Part shown: in pieces, positions 59,031 to 64,000 of the stretch
How positions within the stretch are numbered: position 1 is the stretch's first letter
Layout of the letters: every line of letters starts with the position of its first letter
Source of the DNA: Cenarchaeum sp.
GTDB lineage: Archaea; Thermoproteota; Nitrososphaeria; Nitrososphaerales; Nitrosopumilaceae
Length of the DNA stretch: 64,000 bases
Direction of reading: 5' to 3'
NCBI GenBank assembly: GCA_965206845.1
Contig: OZ242221.1
Span: 768,001-832,000 of the forward strand
Translations under genes and position numbers: made by a program
Notes under the pieces: model-generated
The model's database searches: none
Told to the model about the DNA's origin: nothing
Seen by the model: the letters and a program-made list of their open reading frames with translations, nothing else

Positions 59031-61769
59031 GGCGTCGATTCTTCTCTGATCCCTTACGCTCTTTACATAGAAGAGCGAGGCTGCCGTTATTCCTGCCGCC
59101 ATCAGCGGACCTGCCACCTCCGCATACCTGAGGGGAGAGACTGGCGGCCCGTCAGATATCACCGCACTGCCCGGAAGCTCCGTCAGCATTATCGTGCCCA
59201 GCCTGTAGGGCTTCTGCTCCACGAACCACACGTTGCCGTCGCCATCAGACGTGGTAAACTGGACCCACGTCTCCTCCGTAGGCAGGGGGATCTCCATGAG
59301 GCTGCCGCGGTGCGGGTCGTATACCCCAAGCTTGTCCACCGTATGCTGGGCAAACCAGACGTTCCGGTACCTGTCGAGCACGGCCCCGTTGGCCAGCGCA
59401 TCGCCGTCAGGGGACTGGACGCGCACAAAGGTCTCCAGTATGGGGTTGAACCTTGTGATGCCGCCGCCGGTCTGGTGCTCAGATATCCACAGGTTCCCGT
59501 CCGCATCAAAGGTGATGGTCTCCGGCACGCTCAGCGGGGTGTCGGGGGCAAACTCCGCGATCCGGCCGGTCTCCGGGTCTATGTAGCCCAGCTGTCCTGC
59601 CGTCTGCTGCGTGAACCAGACCTTTCCATCCGGCCCGACCTTTACGGCAAACGGCCCCGAGTCCTCGGTGGGCATCTCAAACGTCTCGAACCGGTCCAGC
59701 CCCTGGTCGTACCGCAGTATGACGTTCTTGTTTGCCACCGGAATCCAGACGCCGTCATCTGGCGCTATGTCGATGATTATCGGCAGGCTTGGTTGGTTTC
59801 TTGGGGCGATCGAGGGCAGCTCTATAATCTCATATGTTCCGGTTCCGGGATCTACAAAGCCGATCCGCCCCTCGGTAACGTCGGTGAACCAGATCCTGCC
59901 GCTGCTGTCGACGGCCAGCGCAATTGACGTGCTGCCCTCAAAGGCGTACTCGGTGAACTCCTGTTCCTGTATCGCATACTGCCATATCCGGGGCCCCGAC
60001 GAGTCGCTTATCCAGATCGAGCCTGCCCCGTCATACACCGGGTACAGCGGCGCCGCGGGCTCTGGAAACTCGTACTCGACAATCTCGGCCCTGATGTTCT
60101 CAAGCTCCGGCTTCACCAGCAGGCCCAGCGCCACCCCCTCGTTTCCGCCCTGGGTTCTTTGGGCCTCCACCTCCACCTGCCAGTCCCCTGAAAACCCAAA
60201 CGTTATCTCCCCTTCGTATGCCGGCACCCCGTCTCCCGGGATGGCATCCATTGGAACTGCGATGGGGGCGATGCCCCTGCCGGGGTTGGAGACCTTGACC
60301 TCAAGCGAGCTCATGTCGGAGATCCGCGTGCCGTCCAGGGAGGATGCCTCCACCACGATTCTGTTGGTGCCCGTTGCAAACGGCCTTATCTCTATGTCGA
60401 ATCTGGCATTCTCTGAAAACTCGGATACCGACAGGCCGGCAAATGCCTGCTGCGCCTCTACGGTTTGAACCTCGCCCGCGGGAAGCGTCCCGTTTGTGAG
60501 CAGTGCCACCACCATCAGGAGCGCAACCCCCAGTCCGGCCTCGACCTTGAGCGTGCGCCGGAGCCTTCTGTGGAGCGGGAACCGGATGTTCGACTCGGCC
60601 CTTCGCTGCGTTATCTGGTGGTACCCCCCGATTCCTATCATGGCCGACGCGATCAGAACCTTCAGCATGATCAGCTTCCCGTAGGTGGATGCGGTGATCA
60701 CGCCCAGGTTGCTCTCCAGGAGGTACAACAGCAGCGGGCCCGAGACTATGACGATCCCCAGCGCGATTATTACCATGCCGGAGAACCTGGGAATTATGGC
60801 CAGGGACCACCTCTCCCTGGGCCCGGCACCCAGATTGGCAAAGGTTGGCAGCAGCACAAAGGCCAGGAATATGACTCCGCCTATCCAGACGGAGGACACC
60901 AGGTTGTGGATGTAGTCAAGCGCCACCGCGGGAGGCTGCTCGCTTGCGGCGCCGTGGCCCATCATGGTGGTGGTGGCGATCAGCGCCAGGGACATGGCCA
61001 GCACGGGAACCTGGTTTCTGGCAGAGAGCCGCCCCATCCGCTCCAGCGCAAACCACGCTCCAAGAAGGGCAACGGTTATGGCCATCCGGATCATCCACGT
61101 TGTGCCAGAGCCAGTCTGCAGCGCGTCCATGGCCGGCACCTCCAGGCGCCATGTCTGAACTCCCAGTATCATAATGTTTGATACAAAGACTGCGACCAGC
61201 CCGATCCCCATCAGCGCCATGAACCTTCCGTGGTAGCGCCTGCGCATCGCCTTTGCATCTCCCGTGGAGCCGATGCCCAGGTGTCCCCAGATGAACATGG
61301 ACGCAATCACGGAGCCCAGGACTATGGTCTGGCCCACAAGCCCGGGAAACCTTGCCCCCGCCTCGGGAAGAAAGATCAGCTTCGCGTCCGAAGGCGCGGT
61401 ATCAGGCAGCGCCACACTGCCCACGCCAAAGACAAAGGCGTCAGAGACCAGGTGGCCGTCGACCCTTGAGAGCACCTTGCTTGTGACGGTGTAGATACCC
61501 TCCTCCAGCGGCGGGGTCGTGACAGCCAGGGAGTCATCTCCGTCGTAGTACCCGGTGTCCCTGTTGTCGATCCTCTCCCCGTTGCTGTTTAGAACCTCGA
61601 GCTTGCTGAACTGGATCTCGAGCGCCTCTGAGTAGTGCACCACCACCTCCCCGGTGCCCACGGGTACGTTTGAGAACCGGGGGGGACTGGTCTCCTCCGT
61701 AAATGGATGCGCGTATGCGGGCAGGACCGCCACCGCGACAACCGCCAGAAGCACGATCAGGGCCCTCAT
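59013..61769 (-). CDS. CopC-CopD fusion with C-terminal Vgb-like beta-propeller (copper uptake/handling)
   Basis: AYA|HP CopC start, VLSRVDGH, CopD GHGAA / H....WIGG / YGKLIMLK, and repeated DG.VWF propeller blades. Confidence 0.85.
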   Translation of the reverse strand: MRALIVLLAVVAVAVLPAYAHPFTEETSPPRFSNVPVGTGEVVVHYSEALEIQFSKLEVLNSNGERIDNRDTGYYDGDDSLAVTTPPLEEGIYTVTSKVLSRVDGHLVSDAFVFGVGSVALPDTAPSDAKLIFLPEAGARFPGLVGQTIVLGSVIASMFIWGHLGIGSTGDAKAMRRRYHGRFMALMGIGLVAVFVSNIMILGVQTWRLEVPAMDALQTGSGTTWMIRMAITVALLGAWFALERMGRLSARNQVPVLAMSLALIATTTMMGHGAASEQPPAVALDYIHNLVSSVWIGGVIFLAFVLLPTFANLGAGPRERWSLAIIPRFSGMVIIALGIVIVSGPLLLYLLESNLGVITASTYGKLIMLKVLIASAMIGIGGYHQITQRRAESNIRFPLHRRLRRTLKVEAGLGVALLMVVALLTNGTLPAGEVQTVEAQQAFAGLSVSEFSENARFDIEIRPFATGTNRIVVEASSLDGTRISDMSSLEVKVSNPGRGIAPIAVPMDAIPGDGVPAYEGEITFGFSGDWQVEVEAQRTQGGNEGVALGLLVKPELENIRAEIVEYEFPEPAAPLYPVYDGAGSIWISDSSGPRIWQYAIQEQEFTEYAFEGSTSIALAVDSSGRIWFTDVTEGRIGFVDPGTGTYEIIELPSIAPRNQPSLPIIIDIAPDDGVWIPVANKNVILRYDQGLDRFETFEMPTEDSGPFAVKVGPDGKVWFTQQTAGQLGYIDPETGRIAEFAPDTPLSVPETITFDADGNLWISEHQTGGGITRFNPILETFVRVQSPDGDALANGAVLDRYRNVWFAQHTVDKLGVYDPHRGSLMEIPLPTEETWVQFTTSDGDGNVWFVEQKPYRLGTIMLTELPGSAVISDGPPVSPLRYAEVAGPLMAAGITAASLFYVKSVRDQRRIDALLEDQ

Positions 61770-61871
61770 ATTCCTTCAAGCCAGCCAAGATAATTTAAAC
61801 AGTCTACAGGGATTTTGAAGGTTGTACCAATCTACGAACCTTAAAATGATCTGGAGGACAAGTCCTTATCC

Positions 61872-62486
61872 GTGAACGGTCTGCTGATCCTTGCCATACT
61901 GATCGGCGGCGCGGGCTTCTCGGCCGCATACGCCCACACCACCGTATCGGTGGAACAGTATGATATCGAGGTTGGATGGGGCATCGAGCCGCCGGTGGTG
62001 GGACTCAAGAACGACATCGTCTTTGGGATAAGCGTGCCCGGTGAGGTGGAGGGCGCCAAGACCGGCGTGCAGAGCGCGTTTCAGAATCTGGAGGCCACAG
62101 TCAAGTTTGGGGGGCTGAGCAAGGAGCTGGACATCAATGCAGACGTCAGGGCAGGCCACTACCGCTCCCCCATAATTCCGACCAAGACGGGCTCGATGAC
62201 GGTAAACGTCGCAGGAGAGATCAACGGCGTGCCAGTCGATGTCGACATACCCATAGAGGATGTGGAGACCACCGCAGTCCTGGACTTTCCGCCCAGATCA
62301 TCCGCAGGGGACGGGGACATAGCGTCGCTCAAGGCGGCAATGTCTGCGCTGCAAAGGGATCTGGAGTCCGGAACCGCCACCGGCCAGGATGCGGGACCGG
62401 CGTACGACTTTGCCGTATTTGGGATGTCCCTTGGGGCGGCAGGCACAGTACTGGCAGTGGTTGCCATGCTCAAAAAAAGAAAATAA
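61872..62486 (+). CDS. Secreted membrane-anchored hypothetical protein
   Basis: Signal peptide AYA|H, GW..EPP, C-terminal TM plus KKRK. Confidence 0.7.
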   Translation: MNGLLILAILIGGAGFSAAYAHTTVSVEQYDIEVGWGIEPPVVGLKNDIVFGISVPGEVEGAKTGVQSAFQNLEATVKFGGLSKELDINADVRAGHYRSPIIPTKTGSMTVNVAGEINGVPVDVDIPIEDVETTAVLDFPPRSSAGDGDIASLKAAMSALQRDLESGTATGQDAGPAYDFAVFGMSLGAAGTVLAVVAMLKKRK

Positions 62487-62496
62487 AAATAGTGTT

Positions 62497-63399
62497 CTAG
62501 ATTCTTGGGGTTATTCTTGATCGTGCAGTTACTGCAATGATGCTCGTTATCGCAACACCGAGTATGATCATTGCCACCGTACCAAACTCCGGAACCACAT
62601 TGGTAAAGGCTACTTCCTCTCCAATCGGGCCCGTAAGCGGTGCCGCTACTCCGTATCCTTGGAACGTGATCGTGATGTCCACCGGATCCGATGAGGGCAG
62701 TGGTGCCGTCATGTGCTCGCCCATTCCCATGTGCTCGTGGGCTCCTGCGTCTGACAGTACCTCCTCGCCGTTCTGGGTTACCATGAGGTCATAGTTTACA
62801 TGCTCGCTGTCTGCGAACGTCACGGAGATCTCCATGCGCTCGCCCTCTGCTGGCTCTGTAGCGTATACCTTTACCATGGTGCCGTCCTCTAACATGCCTG
62901 TAGCGCTTGCTTCCATCATCATCATGTCGCCGTCTTTATCCATGCCTTCCATGCTGTCGCCGTCTTTATCCATGCCTTCCATGCTGTCGCCGTCCTCACC
63001 CGCTGCGACCACCGTTACGGTGCCAGACATATGCGGATGCAGAAAGCAGAAGTACGGATATGTACCGGGCTCAAAGTCGTCAAACGTGAAGGAGTACTCG
63101 TCGCCAGGCGGCATCAAAAGAGTTGGGCTGCCAAACAGATCTCCGACCCCTTCTGTATCGCGGATCGTGCCGCTTGCCAGATTGTGTAATGCAATGTCCT
63201 CGTTGATCCACGTTACCGTGCCGCCGACGTCAATGGTAACGTCGGTCGGTACGAAGCACTCGTTTGTATCTAGGCAAAGAACTAAAGAGGCGTTTTCCGG
63301 CTGGGTGACTATGGCTTCTGAATGATCTGCAAATGCAGGCTGCGCGAATACTCCCGCAGCCAGAATTGTAAATACAGTAGCTATCGTTAATGTTTTCAT
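62497..63399 (-). CDS. Blue (type 1) copper cupredoxin, PEFG-CTERM, with Met-rich linker
   Basis: HN...YPYFCFLHPHM Cu ligands and VVPEFG tail. Confidence 0.88.
   Translation of the reverse strand: MKTLTIATVFTILAAGVFAQPAFADHSEAIVTQPENASLVLCLDTNECFVPTDVTIDVGGTVTWINEDIALHNLASGTIRDTEGVGDLFGSPTLLMPPGDEYSFTFDDFEPGTYPYFCFLHPHMSGTVTVVAAGEDGDSMEGMDKDGDSMEGMDKDGDMMMMEASATGMLEDGTMVKVYATEPAEGERMEISVTFADSEHVNYDLMVTQNGEEVLSDAGAHEHMGMGEHMTAPLPSSDPVDITITFQGYGVAAPLTGPIGEEVAFTNVVPEFGTVAMIILGVAITSIIAVTARSRITPRI
62925..62994. repeat. 30-bp in-frame tandem repeat (2.3 copies)
   Basis: TGTCGCCGTCTTTATCCATGCCTTCCATGC twice plus a partial copy; encodes DGDSMEGMDK. Confidence 0.9.
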
Positions 63400-63441
63400 T
63401 AACCCTAGTCTTTGATGGGTAACATAAAAATCTCACTCATA

Positions 63442-64000
63442 TCAAACCCGTAGCCTATTGTCCAAGAACCTGGCCTTACGCCTGTGCGCCTTCAGGATCA
63501 CCGCGGCTGGAAATCCGACATACATCCCGACATTGAGCAGAATGATGCCGGTTCCGTACCCGAGCATCTCAGCTTCGGAGTCTATAGGAATGTGATCCAG
63601 GATCGACAGGGACGCAAGCATCGGGGTGATCGCAACCCTCACAAGCTCCTTGAACGCCGGATGCTGGCGCTCCAGATCTGCCACGCCCGGCGAGAACGAG
63701 TAGTAGAGCTGATTAAAGCTAGCCATAAAGGCGGCACCTGACTCTGTCTGCATTACGACTCCGTCTCTGATTTCCCGTAGGTGCTGTACCTGCGGCGCCA
63801 TCTCGGATCCAAAGGCCGCCGTTGCGATCAGGCAGCCCCCGTCACTGGAGTATGGGTTCGGGGTTGGGTCAGGTGGGGTGGGCTGGGTAGGGTCGGGCGT
63901 GGCGGGCTGGCTTGGGTCAGGAGGAGTAGGCCGGATAGGGTCAGGGGCGATGGGCTGGGTAGGGTCGGGCAAGGGAACGGGATCCGGGGTGACATCTGTC
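63442..64000 (-). CDS. CFI-box-CTERM surface protein, C-terminal part (continues beyond the window)
   Basis: GGCLIATAAFGSE..LR..RD and YYSFSP motifs, preceded by PDPTQP repeats. Confidence 0.85.
   Translation of the reverse strand, partial: TDVTPDPVPLPDPTQPIAPDPIRPTPPDPSQPATPDPTQPTPPDPTPNPYSSDGGCLIATAAFGSEMAPQVQHLREIRDGVVMQTESGAAFMASFNQLYYSFSPGVADLERQHPAFKELVRVAITPMLASLSILDHIPIDSEAEMLGYGTGIILLNVGMYVGFPAAVILKAHRRKARFLDNRLRV

Overview
This is an archaeal chromosomal window, most consistent with a GC-rich ammonia-oxidising Nitrososphaerota (Nitrosopumilaceae/Cenarchaeum-like) genome. The assignment is inferred from TFE, S19e, NAC, Trm56, A-type ATPase, Amt, and PEFG-CTERM/CFI-box-CTERM proteins. 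Most of the window is housekeeping: tetrapyrrole genes (ahbAB, sirC, hemA, hemB, ctaB), a riboflavin cluster, dispersed A/V-type ATPase genes, pyrBI, asd and amt. Four items stand out. (1) A 2.0-kb element (2643-4664) carries only a catalytically intact-looking TnpB, yet is bounded by perfect 25-bp terminal inverted repeats and an 8-bp target-site duplication of IS1595-like appearance, which is not the normal IS200/IS605/IS607 architecture. (2) A cluster (48087-57589) combines a ureohydrolase, a divergent solo urease-gamma-like protein, a His-rich Ni transporter, UreF, a His-tailed group II chaperonin and a Na+:solute symporter, with no urease catalytic subunit in the window. (3) A candidate structured ncRNA lies just downstream of a degenerate solo Cas4-like gene. 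(4) An intact IS5-family element has TIRs and an 8-bp TSD. No CRISPR array, tRNA or rRNA was recognised. Products are called from motif recognition by eye; no database search was run.
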